In this document: positions 38,116-50,349 of the stretch, piece after piece
Layout: the number at the start of each line of letters is the position of its first letter
Position numbering within the stretch: position 1 is the first letter of the stretch
Assembly (NCBI GenBank): GCA_964016885.1
Contig: OZ024742.1
Span: 117,366,001 to 117,430,000, forward strand
Origin: Eledone cirrhosa
Lineage: Eukaryota
Direction: 5' to 3'
Length of the DNA stretch: 64,000 nt
Made by a program: the position numbers and the translations under genes
The notes under the pieces: generated by a model
Databases searched by the model: none
What the model was told of the DNA's origin: nothing
Seen by the model: only the letters and a program-made list of their open reading frames with translations

Positions 38116-38452
38116 CAGAGCTTTCCAAACTTTCCACATTGGTAACAGGCATTTTAAAAATAAATTTTTTTCTGTGACACATTAAGTTTTGTTAAATTAG
38201 TTCTGTGACACATTAAGTTTTGTGACACATTAAGTTTTGTTAGCAAAGCATTAAGTTTTGTTAACATTAAGTTCTGTGACACATTAAGTTTTGTTAGCAA
38301 AGCAAATTAAATGAAAAGAAATATATTAGTGAAAAAATTGTGCTTGTTCACAAAATTATCAAATCTCGAGAATACTTGACAATCAAGTATTCATAAAAGT
38401 TGATCAGATTAGATTTCATTTTGCAACACAACACAAAGTTTGGAAACCTCTG
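38116..38452. mobile_element. hAT-type MITE with an internal tandem repeat
   Basis: TIRs CAGAGCTTTCCAAACTTT / AAAGTTTGGAAACCTCTG. Degenerate 8-bp flanks GTGTAGAA / GCGAAGCA. Internal units of GTGACACATTAAGTTTTGTTA at ~38170-38305. Confidence 0.7.
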
Positions 38453-38534
38453 GCGAAGCAAAAAGTAAATTAAATTTTGGAGAGATATTTTATGAATGTT
38501 TCTTAAATAGACGTACAGGTAGGCACCAATAACA

Positions 38535-39002
38535 GGTATTGCAGCTCAATCAGCTAGATATAGCAACCAACATCCCTCGCATCATACCACAGCCTAAAAA
38601 TTTTAGAAAATGGATGGATATATGGGATAATAAAAACCTAGATATATCTGTGAAAATATAGAGGAGTCATAGCTAGAATACCTTGATGAATTGGGACTAA
38701 ACAATAACAATAGCAGTAGCAATAACTACTGCATCAATATGAACAAAATATATAGCAATATCAGTAATAACAACAACAACAAATCAATGTGGAAACTGCT
38801 GCATGGTAATTCATCCTGCTAGAAAAAGCAGCTATATCTCCTTCAGATCAAATCTTGCTGTCATTAAAAAATAATAGGAAAGACTCATTAGATAATGTAA
38901 TTCTAGATTAACTATGTTTGAAGATAAGCTAGGATGGTTATGCCTGAAATGTTTATAATCATAGATCTGCTCAGTCATGTCTGACCTAGGAGCTGATAAC
39001 AA
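38535..39002 (+). repeat. Two copies of the ~190-bp dispersed repeat
   Basis: GCTAGA.A.AGCA.C.A..ATC...GATAAT...CTAGAT...AT(G/A)GCT.GAAT...GG.CT.A.AAC at 38535-38710 and 38805-39002. Confidence 0.6.
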
Positions 39003-39004
39003 TG

Positions 39005-39560
39005 ATTTCTTTCATTGGCCACAAGGGCCTAAAACATTGGGGATAATACATGGACAAAACAATACAAGGTGGGGTATATACATAGAGTAAATAAAATTGG
39101 ACATCTCCAAACTGAAAACAGTAGGTACTGCAATAATAAGAAGGTTTAAAATATTATTGTTAACAATAGAATACAATAGCAAATATCAACTAGGACAAGT
39201 TCCCCAATAAGGGCAAGCTGATCTTTAGGGTAGTTCCAGAGATCCCCCCTCCTCACAAAAGCTTGGGTTACTCTGTCACCTCACAGGCATTGAAAGTGCC
39301 CTCTCCCAGTTTTTTCTTCCTGCTTAGAAAAGCATAGTTAAGTTAGGCTCATTATGTCTCATCAATCTTGCCACGCTCACCCATCTTTCATAAAACACAC
39401 TAGAAGATAACACCTCCCTCTTGACCCTCACCTTTCTCTTCTAGCAGAACTTAAAGAAGTTGATGAAGGCCGAGCTGAAGAGAAAGTTTACTTTCCACAA
39501 TCCTTTTAGACAAGCCCACCATAGCTGCCTTTGTTATAACTATCCACCAAAATAATATCT
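39005..39560 (-). mobile_element. Tx1-like LINE 3' end relic
   Basis: Minus strand KRKVRVKREVLSSSVFYERWVSVARL matches the ORF2 C-terminus RRIRMEREVLGHRQFYERWMIVARM of the 14442 element. Confidence 0.75.
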
Positions 39561-39672
39561 GCCAATACTAATACAACAGGAACCCCAAAGTGACTTTAAT
39601 ATTTATCACAATAGCAGCAACATTAGCCCCACAACTTACAACATCCTTTGAAATAAAATCAAAGCCACTATG

Positions 39673-39862
39673 TGATCATGTGACCTGCTAGGAATAACAG
39701 CCAATTATCCTTCATATTGATTACACCCTACCAAAAGCATGTTATATAAATAGTGTCTCAAATATATTATGTCTGAATAAAGAATGGGTTGTGTATGACT
39801 GATATGTATTTAAACATACATCTGCTTCATCATGGCTGGACTGGGGTTATAAATAAACAACA
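39673..39862 (+). repeat. ~190-bp dispersed repeat copy
   Basis: CCTGCTAGGAATAACAGCCAA...ATCTGCTTCATCA...CTGGGGTTA. Confidence 0.55.
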
Positions 39863-41219
39863 AAAGCAACATTATCTGAAATTAATCAATGACATAATCT
39901 ACAGTAATGGTTCCTAAACATTTGCCATGGGGCCCTTATACAATTTTCTGAAATTCACAGAGCCCCTATCTATATTTTATGGACAACCCTCACCACCAGA
40001 ATTTTAATTTTGGCCATGCTGGGAGCACCTCCTAGAAGTGACTTAGTTGATCATATCAACTCCAGTACATATTATTTAAATCTGGTACTTATTTATCAAT
40101 CTCTGTTTGTCAAACCGCTAAGTTGTGACTCATAAAATAAAAAATAATTATAAACAGACACGGGCATGTGTACACATACATACATACAAACAACATATAT
40201 CCACATATACATACACACATATATACGTAATTACATACATACAAATATATATATACAGACTGACAGACAGAACCAGAAAGAATACGACTAGTTAGGAAAT
40301 TACAAGTACAATCCATTAATGGAACAGTAAAAATATGTAAAACATTCCAAACATTTTGCATGTAATAACTGCATGTATACATGAACAGATACAAATCATA
40401 TACACATGCACACATATAACTCAAACATACACATCCACACATACAATAACATCCATACCTGCACATACATGCATGCATGCAGATATGCAGACATATCTGC
40501 CTAGCTGATGTCTAAATCCCAATGAAAGAGTCTTGTGCCTATGTTAGAAACCAACTCTCTCTCTATTGGTAAAAGTTTATAAAATTATAAAACCAAAGAA
40601 CATACATACATACATGATTTTCTAAAAATCTTGGAACCCATAGCTATATTTTATGGAAAATTCTCACTGCTTTAATTAAAATGCATTCATCACAATAAAG
40701 ATTGTTTAGAGAATTTATTCATATAAAAAATATATAATAAATGTTATATGTATATGTTATAAATTTTATTAAAAACATCCCATGAAACTACAGAAACACA
40801 ATCCGCAGATTGGCAGAATTACATCTTGCAGTGTTACAGAATTTTATGTGAAATCTTGGAGTTCCTCATATGAAAAATATTGATCTAGATTGAGTGTGTT
40901 GGCATTCATGAAAAATATTTGAGGATGCTGTGAACATTATGCTCTCTCCTAAAGAGAATCATTAAAAAGCAAGTTTGAGGTTTCACATATTAATGAAAAT
41001 TAGAAATGCAAGTCTCTACAATATAGTTTTGGAGAGAGAGAGAGAGAGATGGACAAATGGACAAACAGACAGATAGATGAGTGTGAAGTTCGTGGTAGAA
41101 TACAGAAATTTTATATACTTCTCTGGAAGTATTATACATTTAAAAACAGTTTTACATCTAGGAGCATAACAGCTATAACAATTGTAGAAAAATTAGGTAA
41201 ACCTATCTATGGAAGTTTG

Positions 41220-41376
41220 AACTCCTAGAAATAGAAGCCATATACTACATTTGTTTAAAGATGAAGGATACATATGACAATATATGAATATATAAAATGT
41301 TGGATTGTTCAAGTCTGAAATGCCTTTGATCATAGATCTGCTTGATTAGGTCTGAGCTGGGGCTAACCAACAACAG
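41220..41376 (+). repeat. ~190-bp dispersed repeat copy
   Basis: CTAGAAATAGAAGCCA...AATGCCTTTGATCATAGATCTGCT...CTGGGGCTAACCAACAAC. Confidence 0.55.
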
Positions 41377-41619
41377 TTGAAGAAAGTCTAATAGTAATGA
41401 AAATTATAACAAACATTACACCCCCCACCCCCACCCACCCCAAAAAACAAGAACAAGGATAACTAACAATAATCTATGTGTAGACCTATAACTCCTGATG
41501 GAGTTTTAACTATGTTGTGACATGCAGTATGTCTTTAGAAATGTTTAAAACTTGGTGGAATCCATCCTTTCTCCAAGTATGAATCCATTGATTTCTTCCA
41601 GAGAGAGAAGGATCAGCTC

Positions 41620-41770
41620 TTGTACTGGACTGGTATTGTTTAATCACTCTTGAAAGGATGAAAGGCAAAGTTCACCCTGGCTAGATTTGAACTCCAAATG
41701 CTAAGAGCCAGAATGAATACAACAAAGCATTCTCTCTGATATTCTAACAGCTCTGCCAATTTGCCTACTA
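41620..41770 (-). mobile_element. SINE copy
   Basis: GAAAGGATGAAAGGCAAAGTT...GATTTGAACTC reverse-complement core. Confidence 0.7.
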
Positions 41771-42287
41771 GTACCCATAACACCAACATCAAATCTAAAA
41801 CACTGGAACCTCAAAACTAATAGAAAAATATCAGACTACAATTTCAGTGGAAACAACAAAACTTCTCTGCTCTCCGAGTTCAAATTTCATTGAGATTGTC
41901 ATGGCCTTTCATCATTTTGGAGTCAATAAAAGCATTAGTCTAGGGCAGTGGATTGGTAGAATTGTGAGAATATTGGATGAGATACCTTGTATTATTTGTT
42001 CTGGCTATTTGTGTACTGAAATCAAATACTGCTGCAACATAGGTGTTAGACTTAATCTATCATCTGGTTTAACACCACTACCTGACCCTTGGGTGTCTTT
42101 AGTGAAGACCACTCTGTAGCATTCAGATTAGGATCCTGGCTTGAGGATACCTTCCTTCCTGCCTGACACCTTCTTGTCTCAGATGCTCTGAAAAGGGTCA
42201 TGAACACTGCCTGTCCCTTGCTCACTAAACAGTAAAAAGAAAAATGTATCAACCAAGTACGGGACAAATTTTTAAAAATCCTTTTAA

Positions 42288-42417
42288 AATTTGTTGTGAT
42301 TCAACCATATGACATGGATAAAAGAATTTCTAGGTAAAATTATTTTGACTTTCCAGTCAAAATAATTTTACCTAGAAATTCTTTCATTCATGTCATATGG
42401 TTGAATCACAACAAATT
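42288..42417. repeat. Near-perfect hairpin (63-bp arms, TTCC loop)
   Basis: 42288-42350 versus 42355-42417, 2 mismatches. Confidence 0.92.
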
Positions 42418-42429
42418 ACAGGATTTGGG

Positions 42430-42612
42430 GATTTGCTTGAAATATCAGCTGAATCTCCCTTAAATAACATCCCCAACATCTTTAAGAAAATAAAACAAAG
42501 GGAGGCTACATTAGATGATGTAGACATACACACATGTCTGAAAAAAATCTTTGATGGTCATGGCTATGATGCAATTGTTCATAGGTCTGCTTAATCAGTT
42601 TTGATTTGGATT
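42430..42612 (+). repeat. ~190-bp dispersed repeat copy
   Basis: GCTTGAAATATCAGC...TTAGATGATGTAG...GATGGTCATGGCT...CATAGGTCTGCTTAATCAG. Confidence 0.55.
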
Positions 42613-43934
42613 GGGGGAATATAATTACAACATCAAAATGTTGCAACTGAACAATAGGTATTTAATTCCTAGTACAAATATAGTAGTACACATATGAAAG
42701 TTACTTCCTAGTACACCTACAGTAATACAAATGTGAAGATTGTCTCACATTACAAATACAATATTGCAAATGTGATGAAACAACAAAAAACAAAAGAGTA
42801 TGGAGCAGCCAATCCACAAAAATAATTCATTTGTTAATCCCAAAAGGAAATAACAGAAAAATAAAGTTAGTGCCACCAATAATGGAAATTGTGTCTCAGA
42901 TTCACTGTTGTCTGAAGGATTCAAACACCAATTTTGAAAACGAATAATCCTGGGAAAGAATGTTCCATTATAAAATCTAATCAAGGTATATTAATGACGT
43001 TTGGTGCTGTAAATGACTAAAGAAGCTGTTCTTTAGTGAACACTAAAGAATTTCAGATAGAGGTGTGATACCTGATTGCTTTTGCATCCTTTTGAAGATG
43101 TGAAGATTTCTGACTCAGCGGTAAGTAACTACTTCATTATTTTTGTCCTCTCCTTTTCTCTAACTTTATGTACAATAAAAGTAGGGCATATGATACTGTG
43201 TAATGTTTTGCTGGATAGGGAATAATGAGTCTAAACATGAAACATATTGGTGGTTGTGGTGGCAGTGGTAGTGGTGGTGGTGGTGGTGGTTGTGATAATG
43301 GTGGTAGTACTGGTGATGGCAGCAGTGGTGGTGGTGGTGCTAGTTGTAGTGGTGGTCAGAAATGCATTATTTGCTGAAGTAGTTGCAATCTTCCTAGAAT
43401 CAAAAGGTTAGGTTTATGGCTTTATATGCTGCAATAGAGGCAGAACATTAAAGCTTCTGATAACTAGTGATATATTGAAGTTATTGTCTTTAATTCTATA
43501 TGCTGGACACAAGTAGGGCTGTGTCTGAAGATTGCATGCAGTGGTAATGAACACTTTTGATCATGCAATGACAAAATAAGGTTTGAGAAGGTATAGACCA
43601 GATTACTGCATATAAATAAAGGTGATCAATTGGTAGAATTCTTAGACCATTTGACAGTATAGGTTCTGGTTCTATGTACACTTAGTTCAAATATTGCTGA
43701 GGTCAACTCTGACAGTCATTCTTTCAGAGTTGATATATAACAGGCAGCAAGAAGGCTACAAAAACTATAACAAAACAAAGTAACAGCATAATGTCAGGAA
43801 TATAGTAATAACATTGAAAATGTTGAAGCAGCAACAATAGGCATGGCTTCACTATTTTATTTCATGTCTTATATGTCTCTATGATGATGTCTGTTTAATA
43901 TACAAAATATGTGTTGTCATACAGATATGAATAC

Positions 43935-43999
43935 ACACTCATATGTACATATGTACACATGCATACACACACACACACACTCACATATATACACACAAA

Positions 44000-44043
<44 letters not shown>

Positions 44044-44056
44044 ATGTGTGTCCGTA

Positions 44057-44112
<56 letters not shown>

Positions 44113-44276
44113 GAATACAATTGAAGTTGCAGCTGCATGTATGTGTGTATATATATATATTGTGTATGTGTATGTATGTACATGTAATATATATATATAT
44201 ATATATATATAGATATATATATATATAATGCGTGTCTATATAAATATATAATTTATGTGTATGTGTGTGCATGTAG

Positions 44277-44310
<34 letters not shown>

Positions 44311-44312
44311 AT
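43935..44312. repeat. Compound (TA)/(CA)/(TG) microsatellite
   Basis: Seen directly in sequence. Confidence 0.95.
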
Positions 44313-44625
44313 TTAGAAAAGTAGTTACAGCTGAATATTTCCAATTAATCACTGGAAGATAAGCATTTTCATAATGCAGTCTAGCACTTGATGCAAATTC
44401 CAGTGATGGTAATTTACCTCAAAGGAATCTTATACTACATGTGAATATATGCTCACCTTCATAAATACACACAGAATGAGAAGTTGGGAGGGAGAGTTGA
44501 CAAAACAAAAAACTACATCCTTCACTCCATTTATTAGTCAAATGTATATTGTTTAAAAATTAAAAAGAATCAGTGAGTAATGACTCTTTCACTTTATATT
44601 TCTGGCTCCTGTTTTGATGAAAGAT

Positions 44626-44680
<55 letters not shown>

Positions 44681-44776
44681 CATATATATATATATTTACA
44701 ATCAGTAAATTCTGTAAAGTGGTTTTATGATAGGAAGGGCTTCCAGCCATAGAAAATCTGTCAAAACGTAATTCAA

Positions 44777-45084
44777 CTCTTTAGCATTTAAACTGGCTGT
44801 ATCTGGCCAGCTTCTTTCTGTTCAAACTAGCTGTAACCGGCTGCTCATACTTATGTTAAGATATTGTTCTCAAAATAAATAATATCAAAATCTCATAGAT
44901 TTGATATTATGTGAGATAATTATATGAGATAAAGTGTTTACTGTGAAAATTCAATAGTAAATATAGATTAATGTAAATGTTAAAGGGACAACTTTGCCTT
45001 TCATCCTTTCGAGGTCAATAAAATAATGTACCAGTAATGCACTGGGATAATTGCTGGCCTTGTGCCAAAAGTAGAAACAAAGGG
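44777..45084. mobile_element. piggyBac-like MITE copy with a SINE fragment inserted in its right TIR
   Basis: Homologous to 20508-20731. AAAGGG at 44982-44987 is repeated at 45079-45084 and followed by TTAA, flanking SINE piece 44988-45078. Confidence 0.7.
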
Positions 45085-45149
45085 TTAAGAAAACATATAG
45101 GAAAAGGGATGAAATATCAGTGCACACATACATATATGGAGAGGTGTTA

Positions 45150-45341
45150 CAGGTGGAGAGGACTCTTAAGTCTAGTAAGACAATCACTCTAGTGCTGGTG
45201 GCATGGACAATGTGCCCAGTCCATGCTGTAAAGTAGTTGGTGATAGGAAGGGCATCAAGCCAGTAAACCCTAACCAAAATCGTGAGTCCAACCCAATCCC
45301 ATGGTTGCATAACCATGGGAAATCAGATGTAAAAACGATGA

Positions 45342-45377
<36 letters not shown>

Positions 45378-45723
45378 CACCATTATCATCATCATTTAAT
45401 GTCCATTTTCCCTTCTAGCAAGGGTTAGAGATGTCATAACATACCAGTCAGTACTCAAGTGGAGCCACTGATCTCTCTGTGGGCCAGGGGGCACATCAAA
45501 CAATCCTGACCCTACTGAGTGCATTTTATTATAGTTCTAAGGAAATTGCCATGTCAATAACATTGTTGATGAGGTCCTCCTGACATTATGTTTGACAGAT
45601 TTTCTATGGCTAGATGCCCTTTCTATCACCAACCACTTTACAGAATGTCCTGAGTGCATTTATCATGTAGATCACCAAAACTAGGTAAATTGTCACATCT
45701 CTGATACAACTAAAGAGTCCTCT

Positions 45724-45730
<7 letters not shown>
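45150..45730. mobile_element. Two oppositely oriented short RTE-tailed SINE-like repeats
   Basis: TGTAAAGTAGTTGGTGATAGGAAGGGCATC...CCATGG...GTAAAAACGATGATG on +; the reverse-complement copy spans ~45380-45730. Confidence 0.65.
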
Positions 45731-45794
<64 letters not shown>

Positions 45795-46292
45795 ACACAT
45801 CTGTTAATTTTTCATGGAGAAAGAAACAAATGGGGGAAAGGTTAAGAGAGAGAAGAGGTTAAGTAAAAAAGGTCAGGTATATGAGGAGTGATGCAGTGGA
45901 CAGGTGTATAAGATGCATTTTTTCTTGCATTAGGGTGTTGTATGTAGTAGAGGTGGTAGAGCGTCCTTGTCTATCAGAGGTGCTGATGTGTGTTTGAAGT
46001 GCATCATGTGAGTGCATCCATCACTTCAAGATATCTGTCTACATGCTTGTGTTTATCTAACTGTGTGTATGTATATGATAGTGTAGGTGTGTGGGTATGT
46101 GTGTGTACGGTATAGGTGGAGTTTGGTATGTGGTGGTGCATTAAAGTGTGTGTGTTGGTTATTGTTTTGGTTGGTATGTTGTTAATGTCTATCCGTTGTA
46201 GCATATAGGTGTGTGAGAGAATCTGTGTTTTATATAAGTTTTGTGTGAAAAGAGGTTGGAATATATATATATATATATATATCATCATCATC

Positions 46293-46329
<37 letters not shown>

Positions 46330-46750
46330 CTATGTATGTATATATGCGTATGTGAGTGTCTTTGTGGTTGGGTCTTTGTGTATTTTTGTGCAGACAGGTA
46401 AATATGTATGTGCATATTGTTCAATTATGCAGCCATATATGTTTGAGTGGGGATTGATGTAGGCATTATATAAGATATAGATATGAATATCAGTGTTTAA
46501 CACATATTCAGATTATATCTTTAATAAATCATTTTAATTTCTTACTTTTTAAATTTCTCTTAAAGTCTGTTACACAGACATGTGTAAGTATCTATATGTT
46601 ACATATGCATTGATGTAGCAAATGTATTTGTTATAGACTATTTTTATCTTTAGCATTATCTCTATTATTAATTTTTCTTTCAAAATCTACACATCAATTT
46701 AAATTCTGATGACTTAGCATTACATTTACACTACATGTGATTTCAATCTT

Positions 46751-46873
<123 letters not shown>

Positions 46874-47029
46874 CTGAGAGAGTTTGGAAGTTGGGGTGTG
46901 AATGTGCGCTTGTATGTGTAGATGTTGAATGTTTCCTATTCAATTCACCATTTTTTTGTCTGAAGTAAAACAAGGATAACATTTAAAGAGGTTAAATTGT
47001 TTTTCTCCTGTCCATTGAATGACAGCATT

Positions 47030-47500
47030 GATTCAAATGAAGGTATGTTTCATCTCCAACCCCACTGATGACCTTTTGAAGCTTAGAGTTACTTGCAATG
47101 TTTTTTTTTTGCTCTGTTTGTTGACATCTTTGATACCATTAATGTAAATATTGAAGAGAGTTAGCTCAACACAGTGTCTTGTGCTACACTTGTGCTGAGC
47201 TTGATTGCACTCTTTCAATCACAACATGCTGGGTTCTGTTCACCAGGAAACACTCAATCCATGTAGCAGCCTCTCATAGGCTTCAATGTTGGATAATTTC
47301 TTTAACAGGATGCTCTGATTAACCCTGTGAAAGGCCTTGCTGACGTCAAAGTATATGACATTGATGTTGGTATCTTAGCTGTGATCACATCACAGATGTG
47401 TCAGAAGCCATGGAAGAACTCCAAATGCTAGTGTTTCAGGATTTTTATCCATCTTCAGAGATGTTCTACTCACTTGGTATTGAGACAAAATAAGCTAATA
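47030..47500 (-). mobile_element. CR1/Jockey-type RT relic
   Basis: Minus strand NINVIYFDVSKAFHRVNQSILLKKL and LTLFNIYINGI motifs. Confidence 0.7.
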
Positions 47501-47859
47501 GTTTATATAGATTTTTGCAAATGATACATTTATGGGGATATTCATTTGTATATAGTGCATGCTTAATGTGCTTAATGGACTGGAAATGATTATCAGTCAC
47601 ATTAGCAAAGTATGGTTCATAATAGAGACATATGAAAGATGTTCATTATACATAAACATATTTTTATATGCTTTTACATACTACTCTATTATGAATTATG
47701 CTGTGATAGTGCTACAGCTAATATATATAATCATCATCCATTTTACATTTGTTTTTCCTTGCTTGCATGAGTTGAAAAGAAACAATAAAAGAGGAAAGTA
47801 ACAATAAAATAAAAATAACACTGATGAGATGGGCTTTTCAATTGAGTCAATGACTGACA

Positions 47860-48290
47860 ACTTATGCATTGCTGGTACTATGAAAAAGACACCTAGTACA
47901 CTCTGTAAAGTGGATGGTGAGAGGAAGGGAATCCAGCTGTGGAAACCATGGCAAAAAGGTTTAAGTAGACCCTTGAGTTGTATAAAGGGCATTGGTAACA
48001 TGATAACTGTACTCATTATACTCTGTAAAGTGTTTGGTAATAGGATGGGCATCCAGCTATAGAAAGCTTGCCAAACAAAAGGTTGGGATGACTCTACAGT
48101 TGTCAAAGACATAATAACCTCCTCCTATGATAAAATGCATCCATTGCACTCTGTAGAGTGTGAGATCATATATAAGTAAGATGTAACTTACCTCCCCCTT
48201 CTACCAGCCCATCTGGGAGGTTAGAAAGGATGACCTGTCAAACCTTTGCTAACAGGGAGAATGGACATTGATGATAACGATAATGATGTA
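47860..48290 (+). mobile_element. RTE-tailed SINE-like repeat with an internally duplicated unit
   Basis: Unit ACTCTGTAAAGTG..TGGT...AGGA.GG..ATCCAGCT.T.GAAA occurs twice, with a third degenerate copy; ends GGACATTGATGATAACGAT. Confidence 0.6.
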
Positions 48291-48301
48291 TATTTATATA
48301 T

Positions 48302-48334
<33 letters not shown>

Positions 48335-48411
48335 AATGAAAAGTATAGAAATTGTTGTAGCGAGAAGCTGACAGTATTCCATAACATATGTGTCAGAAGC
48401 CATATATATAT

Positions 48412-48613
48412 AAGCGCCACGAAAAAGCACCCAGCACTCACTGTAAATGAGGTTGGTGTTAGGAAGGGCATCCAGCTGTAGAAATCAAGCCAGATCAGTA
48501 TGAGCAAGGCATGGTCAGCCGACCAGAAAGCCCACAACAGGACAACCCGTCTAACCCATGCTAGCGTGGAAGAAAGGACGTAAAAACGATGATGATGATG
48601 ATGATGATGATGA
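48412..48613 (+). mobile_element. RTE-tailed SINE-like repeat, well-preserved copy
   Basis: AAAAGCACCCAG...GTTGGTGTTAGGAAGGGCATCCAGCTGTAGAAA...CTAACCCATGCTAGCGTGGAA...GGACGTAAAAAC(GAT)n. Confidence 0.75.
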
Positions 48614-48699
48614 TAAATATATATATATATATATAGTGTAGGTAGTACGGTGAAATACTGGTGTTGGTACCACAACAAAAGTATATCTTTTGTCGCATC

Positions 48700-48806
48700 A
48701 TCAGTCTGAGGAACAAATCGATACTGGAGTCGGGTCCATAACCCCTATGGGTCTCCTTGAGCCAATCTTCTGAGAAATGCGTGTAACAGGTCAATATGCA
48801 ATAAAT
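48700..48806 (+). ncRNA. Hammerhead-like core with long stem II, then AATAAA (pLTR-like)
   Basis: CTGAGGA at 48706-48712, GAAAT-GCGT-GTA at 48774-48785, AATAAA at ~48800. Confidence 0.45.
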
Positions 48807-48904
48807 ATTTTTCATATGTAAACAAAAGTTTCTCGTTTTTTTTCTATTATATATGTATATATATGCGGAAAAAGAGGGAAATACAGAGAGATACATATAT
48901 GTTA

Positions 48905-50235
48905 ACTTGACAAATGAAGAGGGATGAAGGCCCTTAGAATTCAGTGATGTGAATTACCTTACTATTTACATCACTAACTTCAGGAAACTAGACAGATACT
49001 TGATCACCTAGCAATTGGGCAAACATGGTAACCAAATTGACTACTTGCTCATTAGAAAATATGGTAGACATATAGTTATGAATACTAAGATCTATCCTGG
49101 GGATGAATGTGCAACCCAACATAAGTTAGTTATCATCAGAATAGGAACTAGACAATATCAGAAACACAGAATACACAGGAGAATGAAGCTAAAAGACCTC
49201 TCTGTTATATATTGATTTAGATGCATATATATGATGCATAAGAGAGGGAGAGAGTGAACCAGGCTATTAATTGAGAAAAATGCATTCAGAAAGATTCCAG
49301 TGCAACAAGCCTCACTGATCCTCAGAAGAAAGAGGCTTGGAAATGTTACTATGAGAGGTTAATGAATCTGGAGAATGAGTAGAAGGAAGAGGGCTACCCC
49401 CAGTTGACTTAACAGTCAACAGTTACAGGGGTAAAGAAGTAATTAGACAAATGAAAATTTTTAAAAACAGCTAGACCATCAGAGATAGGCACTGGGTTGG
49501 GATGTGGAAATCTTATGTAGAGAGCCATGTACACAGGTGCCATCAGTAAAATGAGAGTAGGAAATGAGTTTAGTGAAGAATTAAATGTGTTGATAATTGA
49601 TCATCAAGGCTCAGTCTACAGCCCTCTCCTGTTTTCTAGGCCATAACAGAGGTGTTTAAAACCAGTTGTGCTGGTGAGCTTGATCTTATTGCTGCACCTG
49701 TACAAGAGCTAGACAAGAAATTTCTGCTGTGGAAACAACTTTAAATCAAAAGGACTCTTAATAAGGGCCAAATGTTTAAAAAGTAGAAAAAATACAGGAC
49801 TCCGAGAAGTGGTCATACTCAATATGTAGAACAGGTGTAAGTGGGAACTGTATACAATGTACACAAAGTAAAACATGAATAAACAAGAGATGTAGTGGGA
49901 TTGTGGGCAAACTAATAGAAAAGGTAAACTTCGAATGTAGGAGATGCACTGGGGTAAATAGTAATAACAGCCTGATTGTAATAAACTTTCTCTAATCGCA
50001 AGAAAGCTCTGTAGAAGTAATTGATTGGTTTTGTTACCCAGATGATGGAATTAGCAGTGGAGGAGGTTGCCCTGAAAGTATCATTAAGAGTCTCTGTTGA
50101 CAACAAAATATTTCTTTCTATGAAGAAAAGATTGGCTATATGATGCCTGCATGTGAAGTAAGCAGTAAATGTAGAGACACTACACTGGAGAAGATACAGC
50201 TAACCTATGCAAGTATGAGTAGAGTGGATGTAAAA
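48905..50235 (+). mobile_element. Highly deleted RTE LINE relic
   Basis: NQIDYLLIR..MNTKIYPGDECATQHKLVI, AMYTGAISKMRVG, HQGSVYSPLL and YDAC fragments. Confidence 0.75.
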
Positions 50236-50289
50236 ATATGATATATATATATATATAAAACAATGAAGTTTTGTTTATGTTGTATTTAG

Positions 50290-50345
50290 ATTTTTATTGT
50301 GTATCCACTTGTTACACGTGTTTCGCAGAGGATTGGCTCAGGATA
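50290..50345 (-). repeat. Partial inverted copy of the 48755-48806 pLTR-like segment
   Basis: Minus strand TGAGCCAATCCTCTGC-GAAAC-ACGT-GTA-ACAAG...AATAAA. Confidence 0.6.
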
Positions 50346-50349
50346 TATC

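Noticed and set aside
38170-38305. Repeat array superficially like a CRISPR
   Set aside because: Units are adjacent without unique spacers, lie inside a hAT MITE, and the context is eukaryotic.
43057-43120. Possible exon (TTTCAG ... GCG|GTAAGT)
   Set aside because: Short, no homology evidence; cannot be supported without transcripts.
43245-43357. Gly/Ser-like (GGT)n tract
   Set aside because: Simple trinucleotide repeat with no exon context.
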